Source: an uncultured delta proteobacterium
GTDB lineage: Bacteria; Desulfobacterota; Desulfobaccia; Desulfobaccales; 0-14-0-80-60-11
Length of the DNA stretch: 64,000 nt
Assembly (NCBI GenBank): GCA_963808395.1
Contig: CAWEFJ010000031.1
Span: forward strand, 190,384 to 254,383
Direction of reading: 5' to 3'
Of the stretch, positions 32,545 to 42,599 are shown piece by piece (the stretch's first letter is position 1; the number at the start of each line of letters is the position of its first letter). Position numbers and translations under genes: made by a program. The notes below the pieces were generated by a model. The model was not told the DNA's origin. It searched no databases and saw only the letters and a list, made by a program, of their open reading frames with translations.

Positions 32545-35375
32545 GTGGATTATAAAGAGACCCTGAATCTGCCCCGCAGCGATTTTCCCATGAAGGCCGA
32601 CCTGCCCCGGCGGGAGCCTGCGCTGCTGCAGCGCTGGGCCGAAACGGACCTCTACGCCCGGCTCCGCAGCCAGGGCCGCGGACGCCCCCGGTTCATCCTC
32701 CACGACGGCCCGCCCTACGCCAACGGCCACCTGCATCTGGGGCACGCCCTCAACAAGATCCTCAAGGACATCATCATCAAGAGCCGGCAGATGGCCGGCT
32801 TCGATTGCCCCTACCGGCCCGGCTGGGATTGCCACGGCCTCCCCATCGAACACCAGGTGGATAAAGAGCTGAAGGCCCAAAAGCTCAGGTTGTCCCAGGT
32901 GGAGGTTAGGAGCCGCTGCCGGGACTATGCCAAAAAATTCATCGCCATTCAGGGGGCCGAATTCCAGCGTCTGGGGGTGCTGGGGGATTGGCAGCGCCCC
33001 TATCTCACCATGGACCCGGCCTACGTGGCGGAAATCCTGGAAGAATACGGGCGCTTCTATTTCAGCGGGGCCATCCAGCGCAGCAAAAAGCCCATCCACT
33101 GGTGCGCCACCTGCCGCACCGCCCTGGCCGAGGCGGAGGTGGAATACGAAGAGCACCAGGCCCCCTCCATTTTCGTGAAGTTTCCCCTGGTGAGTCCGCC
33201 GCCGCAGTTGCCGGAACTGGGGGAACTGGAAAACGTCTCCCTGGTCATCTGGACCACCACCCCCTGGACCCTGCCGGCCAACCTGGCCATCGCGGTGCAT
33301 CCGGATATAGAGTACAGCGCCTTTGAAATCGGGAGCGAAGTGCTGATACTGGCCTCGGACCTGGCCACCAGCTTTAGAGGTGATTCGGCATTTGGACCTG
33401 AGGGGCGCGAGCTCCCCGGCTTCACCCGGATAAAAGGCCGCAAGCTGGAAGGCGCGCGTCTATCAACACCCCTGGCTGATTGACGAAAAAGACGGAAAAG
33501 AGCGCCGGGTGATCCTGGCGAACTACGTCACCCTGGAGGCCGGCAGCGGCCTGGTGCACATCGCCCCGGGGCACGGCCAGGAGGACTACGACAGCGGCAT
33601 AAAGTACGGCCTGGCGCCCTACTCCCCGGTGGACGACGCCGGGCGCTTTACCGACGAGGTGGAGCCGCCGGAATTAAGGGGCCAGCAGGTTTGGCAGGCC
33701 AACGCGGCCATCATCGAATTGCTTAAGGAAAAAGGCAAGCTCTGGGGCCAGCCCCGGGAAATGACCCACAGCTATCCCCACTGCTGGCGCTGCAAACAGC
33801 CCATCATCTTCCGGGCCACGGAGCAGTGGTTCATTTCCATGGAGAAAAACGGCTTGCGGCAGAAGGCCCTGGCGGCCATCGAGCAGGTCACCTGGATTCC
33901 CCGCTGGGGCCGGGAGCGCATCTACCAGATGGTGGAGCGCCGCCCGGATTGGTGCATCTCCCGGCAGCGCTCCTGGGGCGTGCCCATTATCGCCTTTCAC
34001 TGCCGGCAGTGCGGCCAGGCGCTGCTCACCCGGGAGCTCCTTCAGGACCTCATTGCCCGGGTGCGGCGCTGAGGGCGCCGACTTCTGGTTCGCCGCCCCG
34101 GTTTCCGAGCTGCTGCCGCCGGGGACCCGGTGCCCCTGCGGCGGGGCCGATTTCCGTAAGGAAACCGACATCCTGGACGTCTGGTTCGACTCCGGGGTGA
34201 GTTGGGCCGCGGTGCTGGACCCCGACCCGGTCCTGGGGCCAAGCCCCGCCGACCTCTATCTGGAAGGCTCGGACCAGCACCGGGGCTGGTTTCACTCCAG
34301 CCTCCTGACCGCGGTGGGGAGCCGCGGCCAGGCCCCCTATAAAGGGGTCCTGACCCATGGCTTCGTGGTGGACGGCGAAGGCCGCAAGATGTCCAAATCC
34401 CTGGGTAACGTCATCGCCCCCCAGGAGGTCACGGACCGCTACGGGGCCGAAATCCTCCGGCTGTGGGTGGCCTCGGAGGACTACCGGGACGACGTTAGGC
34501 TCTCCCCCGATATCCTGAAACAACTGGCCGACGCCTACCGGCGTTTCCGCAACACCGCCCGTTTCATGTTGGGGAACCTCTACGACTTCGATCCCGAGAA
34601 ATACCTGGTGCCGCCCTCGCAGCGGGAGGAATTGGACCGCCTGGCCCTCTCCTGGCTGGCCCAACTCCTGGAACGGGTCAAGCAGGCCTACCAGGATTAC
34701 GAATTTCACCTGGCCTTTCACCGGCTGCACCAGTTCTGCGCCGTGGAGATGAGCGCCATCTACCTGGATATCCTGAAAGACCGCCTCTACGTTTCCCGGG
34801 CCGAATCATTGGCCCGGCGCAGCGCCCAGAGCACCCTGTGGGACTTGCTTAAGGGCCTCACCCTGGCCATGGCCCCCATCCTGTCGTTCACCGCCGAAGA
34901 AATTTGGGATTACCTGCCGGGCAGCAACCAGGCGGCCAGCGTTCACCTGGAGGCCTTCCCGGTGGCGCCGGCGGGATTTCCCGATGAGGCGCTGCTGGCC
35001 AAATATGATTTTTTGCTGAAGGTGCGGGGCGAGATCAATCGGGGTCTGGAGGAGGCCCGGAATACCAAGCGCATCGCCACTGCCCAGGAGGCCAGTGTCT
35101 CGCTGCAACCCCCAGAAGATGACCTTTATCAGAGGTTGCAGGACCAGGCGAATGAATTGCAAACTCTGGCCCAGGTAGCCGAGCTGCGAGTCTTACCGCC
35201 AGGAAATCCATCACCCGACATGCTTGCCTGGGAATCCCTTCCTGGAGGTTTTACTCTGGTGAAAAAAGCCCCGGGAGAAAAATGTATCCGCTGCTGGTTC
35301 CATTATCCGGGAGTGGGCGAAGATCCCGATAACCCCCAGGTCTGCCGGCGCTGCCGCCAGGTGTTGGAGAAATAA
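32545..35375 (+). CDS. ileS: Isoleucyl-tRNA synthetase, type 1 (two frame changes as assembled)
   Basis: GTG start ([17 protein letters not shown]), HIGH = HLGH, KMSKS present, C-terminal zinc motif CIRCW..CRRC. The three pieces 32545-33483, 33509-34072 and 34053-35375 are colinear with IleRS. Confidence 0.9.
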
Positions 35376-35587
35376 GGACGATTTTGGGCTTTGGTTCTTG
35401 ATGAATAAACCAAGACCTTAAGATTTATTAAGGGGAGCGCCAAAAAGATTAATTCCCCCTCACCCTAACCCTCTCCCCCATCGGGGGAGAGGGGATAAAG
35501 AGGAAACCTATAACGCTTCATTGATATTTAAGAAAGGAAAAATCGAAAACGACGGTCAAAAAGAGATTTGAGGAACCCAGAGTAAAT

Positions 35588-36088
35588 ATGTCCCGCAAGC
35601 TCGCCATCCTTCTCGTCATCCTGGTGCTGGGCCTGGCCCTGGACCTGGGGAGCAAGATTCTGGTCCTGCAACTCCTGCCGCTGGGGTCGCAGGTTCCCGT
35701 GGTTAAAGGCTTCTTCAACCTGGTGCACGTCCACAACCGGGGGGCGGCCTTTGGTTTGCTGGGGCAGATGCCGGTGGGGTTCACCCGGATACTTTTCATC
35801 ACCATCAGCAGCCTGTTGGTCGCGGTAGTGGGCTATCTTTGGTGGCGCCTGCCCCGGGACTGCTGGCGGACAGCCGTGGGCTACAGCCTCATCCTGGCCG
35901 GGGCCCTGGGTAATCTCCTCGACCGGCTGCGCCTGGGAGAGGTGGTGGACTTTCTCGACTTCTACTGGGGGCGCTACCATTGGCCCGCCTTTAACGTGGC
36001 CGACAGCCTGGTGTGCCTGGGCGCCGCCTGGCTGGTGTGGGTAATCTTAACGGAAGAGTGTCCTGACCATGCATCCGATCCTGTTTGA
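35588..36088 (+). CDS. lspA: Lipoprotein signal peptidase II
   Basis: 166 aa, FFNLVHVHNRGAAFG and FNVADS motifs. Follows ileS as in many bacteria. Confidence 0.9.
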   Translation: MSRKLAILLVILVLGLALDLGSKILVLQLLPLGSQVPVVKGFFNLVHVHNRGAAFGLLGQMPVGFTRILFITISSLLVAVVGYLWWRLPRDCWRTAVGYSLILAGALGNLLDRLRLGEVVDFLDFYWGRYHWPAFNVADSLVCLGAAWLVWVILTEECPDHASDPV

Positions 36089-36863
36089 ATACGGTTCTTT
36101 GAAGCTGTACACCTATGGCTTTTTCCTGGCCCTGGCCTTCCTCGGCGCCATTTTCATCGCCGGCCGGGAGGCCCGGCGTTTGGGCCTGCCGGTGGAGACC
36201 TTCTTTGACCTCTGCTTCTACGCGGTGGTGGCCGCCCTGGTGGGCTCCCGGCTGATGTACGTGCTCCTGGATTGGCGGACCTTCCTGGCGCACCCCCTGC
36301 AGGTCTTCGCCATCTGGGGAGGCGGCCTGGACTTCCAAGGCGGGGTGATCCTGGCCCTGGCGGTGGCCATCTGGTTTATTCGCCGGCACCGCTTGCCCTG
36401 GCGGCCCACCCTGGACGCCCTGGCCCTGGGGATGCCGGTGGGCCAGTTTCTGGGCCGGATCGGCTGCTTCATGGCCGGTTGCTGTTACGGCTCCCCCAGC
36501 ACCCTGCCCTGGGCGGTGACCTTCACCAATCCCCAGACCCTGTGCCCGCTGCGGGTGCCGGTGCACCCGGCTCAACTTTACGAGGCCTTCCTGTCCCTGG
36601 GGGTGGTCTTCGGGGCGCTCAGCCTTCTGAAGACCAGGAAAAGTTACGATGGCCAGGTGATCCTCGCATATTTTTGCCTGGCCGGAGCGGTGCGGTTCGT
36701 GGTGGAGTTCTTCCGCAGCCCCCTGGATTATCGCGGCCCGACGTACTTTGGCTGGATGCCCTTGACCCAGCTCATTGCCCTGGGCATGGCCCTGGTGGCC
36801 GGGGCCCTGCTGGTCTGGTTCGGCCGGCGGTCGGGGCCGCGGCCCCAGGGTGATCAAAGATAA
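36069..36863 (+). CDS. lgt: Prolipoprotein diacylglyceryl transferase
   Basis: 264 aa, multi-pass membrane protein with the GRIGCFMAGCCYG motif. Confidence 0.9.
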   Translation: MHPILFEYGSLKLYTYGFFLALAFLGAIFIAGREARRLGLPVETFFDLCFYAVVAALVGSRLMYVLLDWRTFLAHPLQVFAIWGGGLDFQGGVILALAVAIWFIRRHRLPWRPTLDALALGMPVGQFLGRIGCFMAGCCYGSPSTLPWAVTFTNPQTLCPLRVPVHPAQLYEAFLSLGVVFGALSLLKTRKSYDGQVILAYFCLAGAVRFVVEFFRSPLDYRGPTYFGWMPLTQLIALGMALVAGALLVWFGRRSGPRPQGDQR

Positions 36864-36959
36864 GGAAGGAGGCATCAGCCATGCGCCTAGTCGCTGTTGC
36901 CAGCTCACATTATTGCCCATTTCAGCGGTAGGTCGCCCAAATGGGGTCAGAAAACTGGC

Positions 36960-37153
36960 ACCGGATAACCCCGAGGGTTCGCAGGGGCGGTCTTGCAGAG
37001 ATCTATCTAAGTTGGGGTCCTTTATGGGTTAATTATTCTGAGTCTGAAGTAGGCGTCTTTTCCCCGTCACAATCGGGGATGGGGGGTATTAACGCGTTGT
37101 GGATAACTCTTGTGGTTGTCTGCGGCGTCAGTCGTTGATAACTAGCTGGATAA
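36960..37153 (+). promoter_or_regulatory. Cluster of four co-oriented DnaA-box-like 9-mers in the lgt-kdsA intergenic region
   Basis: - TGTGGATAA (37098-37106): perfect complement of TTATCCACA.
- ACCGGATAA (36960-36968), CGTTGATAA (37133-37141) and GCTGGATAA (37145-37153): 7 of 9 each.

AT-richer DNA is adjacent. Confidence 0.35.
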
Positions 37154-37328
37154 TGCAGTAAAGCAAATTGCGCCTACGACCCCTCTCCTAGGGACTACCC
37201 TCGGGCACCTGCAAGGGGGAGGGATACGCAATTCAATAACCGTTAAAATAGAGGTTCGTTAGTGAATATGATTCTGGCAAGAGGCTCCAGAATTACTGAT
37301 TACTGAACTTAACCGGCCAATCGTCCCG

Positions 37329-38162
37329 ATGAAAGCCACCGTCCAAATTGCCGATTTTTCCATAGGTGACGCCAACCTGGTAATGATCGCCGGCCCCTGC
37401 GTCATCGAGTCCGCGGCGGCCACCCTGGCAATCGCCCGGACCCTGAAGGATATGGCCCGGGAGCTGGGCCTGTCCCTGATCTTCAAGGCCTCCTACGACA
37501 AGGCCAATCGCACCTCCCTGGCGTCTTACCGGGGCCCGGGGCTGGAGAAAGGCCTGGAGATCCTGGCCCGGGTCAAGGCCGAGGTGGGGCTGCCGGTGCT
37601 CTCCGACGTCCACCAGGTGGCCGAGGTGGGACCCGCCGCCCAGGTCCTGGACGTATTGCAGATTCCCGCCTTCCTCTGCCGCCAGACCGACCTGGTGGTG
37701 GCCGCGGCCCGGAGCGGCAAGGTGGTGAATATCAAGAAGGGCCAGTTTCTGGCCCCCTGGGACCTGGGGCCGGTGCTGGAGAAGGCCAGGGCCGCCGGGA
37801 ATGAGCGGCTCCTCCTCACGGAACGGGGCTCCAGCTTCGGCTACAACAACCTGGTGGTGGATTTCCGCAGCCTGGCCCTCATGAGGGAGTTGGGCTGCCC
37901 GGTGATCTTGGACGTAACCCACAGCGTCCAGCTCCCCGGCGGCCAGGGCGCCTGCTCCGGGGGCCAGCGCCAGTTCATCCCGCTCCTGGCCCGGGCCGGG
38001 GTGGCGGCGGGGGTGGACGGCCTCTTCATGGAGGTGCATCCTGACCCGGAGAAGGCCCGCTGCGACGGCCCCAACTCCCTGCCCCTGGATCAGGTCCCGG
38101 CCCTGTGGCGCGAGCTCCAGGGGCTGCATGAATTTCTGCGCCAGCAGCGCCAGGAGAAGTAA
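37329..38162 (+). CDS. kdsA: 3-deoxy-8-phosphooctulonate synthase
   Basis: 277-aa intact ORF. IFKASYDKANRTS and ILDVTHSVQLPGG motifs. Confidence 0.92.
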   Translation: MKATVQIADFSIGDANLVMIAGPCVIESAAATLAIARTLKDMARELGLSLIFKASYDKANRTSLASYRGPGLEKGLEILARVKAEVGLPVLSDVHQVAEVGPAAQVLDVLQIPAFLCRQTDLVVAAARSGKVVNIKKGQFLAPWDLGPVLEKARAAGNERLLLTERGSSFGYNNLVVDFRSLALMRELGCPVILDVTHSVQLPGGQGACSGGQRQFIPLLARAGVAAGVDGLFMEVHPDPEKARCDGPNSLPLDQVPALWRELQGLHEFLRQQRQEK

Positions 38163-38164
38163 AA

Positions 38165-38322
38165 CACCGGACTCAAAACTGGGCGACCCAATCACCGGCT
38201 GGAAGCCTGTGCCACTGTCGCCCCTATAACTCGAAAATCGAGAGGGCGGACACATGGGTCCGCCTCTACAACTCGAAACTTGAAACTGGGCGACCCAGCG
38301 GGTCGCCCCTACAACTCAAACT
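38165..38322. repeat. REP hairpin cluster
   Basis: GGGCGGACACATGGGTCCGCC and GGGCGACCCAGCGGGTCGCCCCTAC (38288-38312), interspersed with AACTCGAAA motifs. Confidence 0.75.
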
Positions 38323-38324
38323 CT

Positions 38325-39128
38325 ATGATCGGCGTTTTCGATTCGGGATTCGGCGGGCTGGTGGTGTTGCGGGAGTTTCTCCAGGCCCTGCCGCACTATG
38401 ACTACCTGTACCTGGGGGACAATGCCCGGATTCCTTATGGCACCCGCTCGGACCGGGTAGTGCAGCGCTTCACGGAACAGGCGGTGGATTACCTCTTTGG
38501 CCAGGGCTGCCAGCTCATCGTGCTGGCTTGCCACACCGCCTCGGCCCGGGCCCTGCGGCGCATCCAACAGGTCTATCTGCCGGAGCGTTACCCCCAGCGC
38601 CGGGTCCTGGGGGTGCTGATCCCCACGGTAGAGGAAGCCCTGGCCCGCAGCCGCAGCCGGCGCATCGGGGTCATCGCCACCGAAGGCACGGTGATCTCCC
38701 GGTCCTTTGAACTGGAGCTGCAAAAACTCGACCCCGGGGTGGAGGTGCTGCAGCGGGCCTGCCCCCTGTTGGTGCCGTTAATCGAGTCCGGTGAGCAGGA
38801 GTGGGAAGGCACCGCCATGATCCTCTCCCGCTATCTGGCTCCTTTCCAGGGGGGCCGGGTGGACACCCTGATCCTGGGCTGCACCCATTACTCCATCTTG
38901 AAGGAGCAGATCCGCAGCCTCCTGGACCATAGTCCGGAACTCATCTGCTCCGGGCAGGTGACGGCGATTAAGCTGATGGACTATCTCCGGCGCCACCGAG
39001 AGCTGGAGAGCCGCCTGAGCCGCGGTGGCTCCCGCCGCTACCTCTCCACCGACCTCACCCCGCGTTTTCAGCAGCTTGCCGGCCTCTTCATGGGACAAGA
39101 GATGGATTCGGAGGTGGTGGAGCTGTAG
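38325..39128 (+). CDS. murI: Glutamate racemase
   Basis: ATG at 38325 (MIGVFDSGFGGL). Catalytic Cys contexts LACHTAS and LGCTHY. The upstream part of ORF 38280 is REP-derived. Confidence 0.9.
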   Translation: MIGVFDSGFGGLVVLREFLQALPHYDYLYLGDNARIPYGTRSDRVVQRFTEQAVDYLFGQGCQLIVLACHTASARALRRIQQVYLPERYPQRRVLGVLIPTVEEALARSRSRRIGVIATEGTVISRSFELELQKLDPGVEVLQRACPLLVPLIESGEQEWEGTAMILSRYLAPFQGGRVDTLILGCTHYSILKEQIRSLLDHSPELICSGQVTAIKLMDYLRRHRELESRLSRGGSRRYLSTDLTPRFQQLAGLFMGQEMDSEVVEL

Positions 39129-39144
39129 CCATGGGTGCAAAAAT

Positions 39145-39444
39145 ATGGCCGCTATCAATGATCTGGTCCTGGTGCACCATGACCGCCAGCCGGCGTTCTA
39201 CGCCCGCATCAATGACATCAGCCCCGATGTCAAGCGGGGCTGGTATCAGGTGGAACTCCTGGTGCTCACCCTGCCTTCTCAGGTCATGATCATGATTCTG
39301 GAGGAGTCTCACCTCAGGGGAGAAGAATTTACCATGGGTGGCCGGCCGGTGAGGCTGGAACTCGTTCCCCCCAAGCCCCCGGCGGAACCGGAAACCCCTC
39401 CGGCAGGCAAGGGCAAGGTCATCCCCCTGGTGCGGAAGACCTGA
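39145..39444 (+). CDS. Hypothetical small protein
   Basis: 99 aa from ATG 39145 (MAAINDLVLVHHDRQPAFYARI..), with coding-like composition and a Pro-rich tail. Confidence 0.4.
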   Translation: MAAINDLVLVHHDRQPAFYARINDISPDVKRGWYQVELLVLTLPSQVMIMILEESHLRGEEFTMGGRPVRLELVPPKPPAEPETPPAGKGKVIPLVRKT

Positions 39445-39715
39445 TTTCGGGGGAGCTGAGTCCCTATCCCGGGTGTCTTATACCGGGTGGCGTTCAGCCA
39501 ACAAAATAATCGCCGGGCAGGAGCCGATCCGGACGCCGCGGTTGGCTGGGGCGCCTTCCTTGGTATCTTCGAGCATCCATGCTATACTGGTATGGTCAGG
39601 CCGCCCGGCGCCGGGTTTTTCCAGGCGGGCGGTGAGCTACACTTATTGCGGATTTTTGCCAAGTCAGCCCGAGACCGGTCATTGCGGTGGCCTGCGCGCG
39701 GGCGAGGACGGTTTC

Positions 39716-41029
39716 ATGAGAATCTTACTGGTTCAACCCACCACCAAATATCCGGACCGGCGAGTTCTGCGCAGTCGCAGGCGCTGGCTGTTGGGGATTA
39801 CCCTGCCTTATCTGGCGGGCCTCACCCCCCGGGAGGTCATGGTCGATCTGGCCGATGACCGCCTGGTGGAGATTCCCTACCACCGCCAGTATGACCTGGT
39901 GGGCATCACCGCCACTTGCGCCACTGCGGAGCGGGCTTACGAAATCGCCGCGGAGTTCCGCCGGCGCCGGGTGCCGGTAGTGATGGGCGGTTTCCACGTC
40001 ACCCTGCACCCGGAGGAGGCCCTGGAGCACTGCGACGCGGTGGTGGTGGGAGAGGCGGAGGACGTCTGGCAGCAGGTCCTGGAGGACGCCCGGGGCAAGC
40101 GCCTTAAGGGGCGTTACCAGGCCCAGGGCTTGCACCATCTGGCGGGCCTGCCCCGGCCCCGCCTGGAACTGGTGGATTTCCGGCGCTACCGGGTGAAAAT
40201 CATTCCCGCCCAGACCACCCGCGGCTGCCCTTATCACTGCGCCTTTTGCGAGGTTCCCATCGTTTACGGGCACACCTACCGCCGGCGGCCCCTGGACGAA
40301 GTGATCGCAGAAATCCAGGCCAACGTCCGCATTACCGGCCTCAAGAACATCTATTTCATCGACGACAACCTCACCGGCCACCTGGAATACGCCAAGGAGC
40401 TGTTCCAGGCCCTGATGCCCCTGAAGCTCCACTGGAGCTGCCTGTGGACCATCAACAGCTCCCGGGACGAAGAACTGCTGGACCTGGCCAAACGCTCCGG
40501 CTGCAACCACGTCAACATCGGCATCGAAAACGTCTGCCCCGAGTCCATCTCCGCCATCGACAAGGTGCAGAATCCGGTGGCGGAATATGAATGGCTCCTG
40601 GGCCGCTTGCGGGAGAAGGGCATCTTCTATTCCCTGAACTTCATGTTCGGGCTGGACGGGGACCACACGGAGCTCTTTGACGAGACCCTGGCCTTTCTGG
40701 AGAAGATCAAGGCGCCCATGGCCTTTTTCAACGTGGCCACCCCCCGCCGGGGCACCCCCATGTGGGAACGGCTCCAGCAGGAGGGCCGCGTGCACAATCC
40801 CGACGCCGAAAAGTATCTGGGGATGGTGTGCAACTTCTTCCCCAGGCACATGAGCCCGGAGGAGTGCGAGGCCGGCGTCTGGCGCTGCTTCCAAAAATTT
40901 TACTCCTTTTCTTCCATCTGCCGCCGGCTGCTGCTGCCCCCCACCGGCTACGTCTTCCAGGGGCTTCCCAGCAATCTCTTTTTTCATTGGTCGGCGATGC
41001 GCAAGATCGACCCGGTGGATTTTTATTGA
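39716..41029 (+). CDS. B12-binding-domain radical SAM protein
   Basis: ATG at 39716 (MRILLVQP). N-terminal cobalamin-binding-like Rossmann domain, then TTRGCPYHCAFCEV (CxxxCxxC). Confidence 0.8.
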   Translation: MRILLVQPTTKYPDRRVLRSRRRWLLGITLPYLAGLTPREVMVDLADDRLVEIPYHRQYDLVGITATCATAERAYEIAAEFRRRRVPVVMGGFHVTLHPEEALEHCDAVVVGEAEDVWQQVLEDARGKRLKGRYQAQGLHHLAGLPRPRLELVDFRRYRVKIIPAQTTRGCPYHCAFCEVPIVYGHTYRRRPLDEVIAEIQANVRITGLKNIYFIDDNLTGHLEYAKELFQALMPLKLHWSCLWTINSSRDEELLDLAKRSGCNHVNIGIENVCPESISAIDKVQNPVAEYEWLLGRLREKGIFYSLNFMFGLDGDHTELFDETLAFLEKIKAPMAFFNVATPRRGTPMWERLQQEGRVHNPDAEKYLGMVCNFFPRHMSPEECEAGVWRCFQKFYSFSSICRRLLLPPTGYVFQGLPSNLFFHWSAMRKIDPVDFY

Positions 41030-41117
41030 CCTGAAGACTTGGGAGAGACCCCGAAGACAGAGGGGTCCACCGTGAGTCCCGACGAGTGGTCGCCTCCGGA
41101 ACAGAGAGGGATGAATT

Positions 41118-42326
41118 ATGGCCAACTATCAAGTGAATAAGAGCTACCAGGAGATTAACGACAGAATCAAGAAGGGCCAGGCGGTGGTGGTTAGCGCCGA
41201 AGAGATGGTCGGCCTGGTCCGCAGCAAAGGCGAGGTGGCCGCGGCCCGCAGCGTGGACGTGGTGACCACCGGCACCTTTTCCCCCATGTGCTCTTCCGGG
41301 GCCATCCTCAATTTCGGCCATGCCAAGCCGCCCATCAAGGCGTCCAAGGTCTGGCTCAATGACGTGCCGGCCTACGCCGGCCTGGCCGCGGTGGACGTTT
41401 ATCTCGGCGTCACCGAACCCACTGAGGATGATCCTCTGAACAAGGTCTATCCCGGTGAATTCAAATACGGCGGCGGCCATGTGATCCAGGACCTGGTGGC
41501 GGGCAAGAGCGTGCATCTGGTGGCCGACGCCTACGGCACCGACTGCTATCCCAACAAACGCCTGGAGCGGGAGATCACCCTGAAGCAGATGGTCAACGCC
41601 ATCCTTTGCAACCCCCGCAATTGTTATCAAAACTACAACGTGGCGGTGAACCTGTCCAAGCGCACCATCTACACCTACATGGGGCCGCTGCGCCCCAAGG
41701 CGGGCAATGCCAATTACTGCACCTCGGGGGAGCTGAGCCCCCTGTTCAATGATCCCTATTACCGCACCACCGGCATCGGCACCCGGATCTTCCTGGGGGG
41801 CGGGGTGGGCTACGTCGTCTTCCCCGGCACCCAGCACAATCCCGCCAAGCCCCGGTCCGAGCGCGGCATCCCCCTGGGTCCGGCGGGCACCCTGTTCGTC
41901 ATGGGCGACCTGAAAAAGATGACCTCCAGGTACCTGGTGGGAGTGAGCCTCCTGGGCTACGGCTGCTCCCTGTCCGTGGGCCTGGGGATTCCGATTCCCA
42001 TGCTGAATGAGGAGATGGCCCACTTTTGCGGGGTGGCCGACGAAGAGCTGCTGGCCCCCATTGTGGACTATAGCACCGATTATCCCGCGGCGACCGGCCG
42101 CATCCTGGGGCAGGTGAGTTACGCCCAGTTAAAGCGGGGCAGCCTCACCCTGGGCGGCCAGGAAGTGCCCACCGTGCCTCTCTCCAGCCTGACGCGGGCC
42201 CGGGAGATCGCCCTGCTTCTGAAAGAATGGATCAGCAAAGGCCAATTCCTGCTGGGCGAACCGGTGGAGCTGCTGCCGGGGAGTGAGGCAGTCCACACCA
42301 TCCGCACCGGCAGCCGGGATAGTTGA
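41118..42326 (+). CDS. COG1900/DUF39 homocysteine-biosynthesis-type protein
   Basis: 402-aa intact ORF with a characteristic N-terminus (KSYQEINDRIKKGQAVVVSAEEM...VDVVTTGTFSPMCSSGA). Confidence 0.7.
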   Translation: MANYQVNKSYQEINDRIKKGQAVVVSAEEMVGLVRSKGEVAAARSVDVVTTGTFSPMCSSGAILNFGHAKPPIKASKVWLNDVPAYAGLAAVDVYLGVTEPTEDDPLNKVYPGEFKYGGGHVIQDLVAGKSVHLVADAYGTDCYPNKRLEREITLKQMVNAILCNPRNCYQNYNVAVNLSKRTIYTYMGPLRPKAGNANYCTSGELSPLFNDPYYRTTGIGTRIFLGGGVGYVVFPGTQHNPAKPRSERGIPLGPAGTLFVMGDLKKMTSRYLVGVSLLGYGCSLSVGLGIPIPMLNEEMAHFCGVADEELLAPIVDYSTDYPAATGRILGQVSYAQLKRGSLTLGGQEVPTVPLSSLTRAREIALLLKEWISKGQFLLGEPVELLPGSEAVHTIRTGSRDS

Positions 42327-42334
42327 GGGGTGGT

Positions 42335-42560
42335 TCGCCGGCGCAGGGGTCTTCAGCAAAGCCAGTGTAGGGTGGGCACTGCCCACCAATTCCTTAAAAA
42401 TCTGTACCTGTTTTCCGTAGGGGCGGACCCCTGTGTCCGCCGTGTAGGGGCGGGTTTAAAACCCGCCCCTACTGCCCAATATTTCATAGGGGCGCACACA
42501 TGGGTGCGCCCCTACAAGAGAGTCCATACCCACCTCACCCTGCCCTCTCTGCCCGCATCA
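42335..42560. repeat. REP hairpin cluster
   Basis: - GTAGGGTGGGCACTGCCCACC (42367-42387)
- GTAGGGGCGGACCCCTGTGTCCGCC
- GTAGGGGCGGGTTTAAAACCCGCCCCTAC
- TAGGGGCGCACACATGGGTGCGCCCCTAC. Confidence 0.8.
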
Positions 42561-42599
42561 TAGCAAAAATCTTGCCGGACATTACTGGGCTCGAGGGAG

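Noticed and set aside
36960-37153. Replication origin (oriC) at the DnaA-box cluster.
   Set aside because: - Flanking genes are co-directional on both sides.
- No dnaA, dnaN or gidA neighbourhood is present.
- Only one box is perfect.

The cluster is kept as a low-interest regulatory or DnaA-binding candidate instead.
36864-37328. A structured RNA gene (tmRNA, RNase P, 6S, SRP) in the large lgt-kdsA gap.
   Set aside because: I could not find any hallmark on either strand: no GAGGAAAGTCC for RNase P, no tag-peptide reading frame plus tRNA-like 3' end for tmRNA, and no SRP GGAA tetraloop context.
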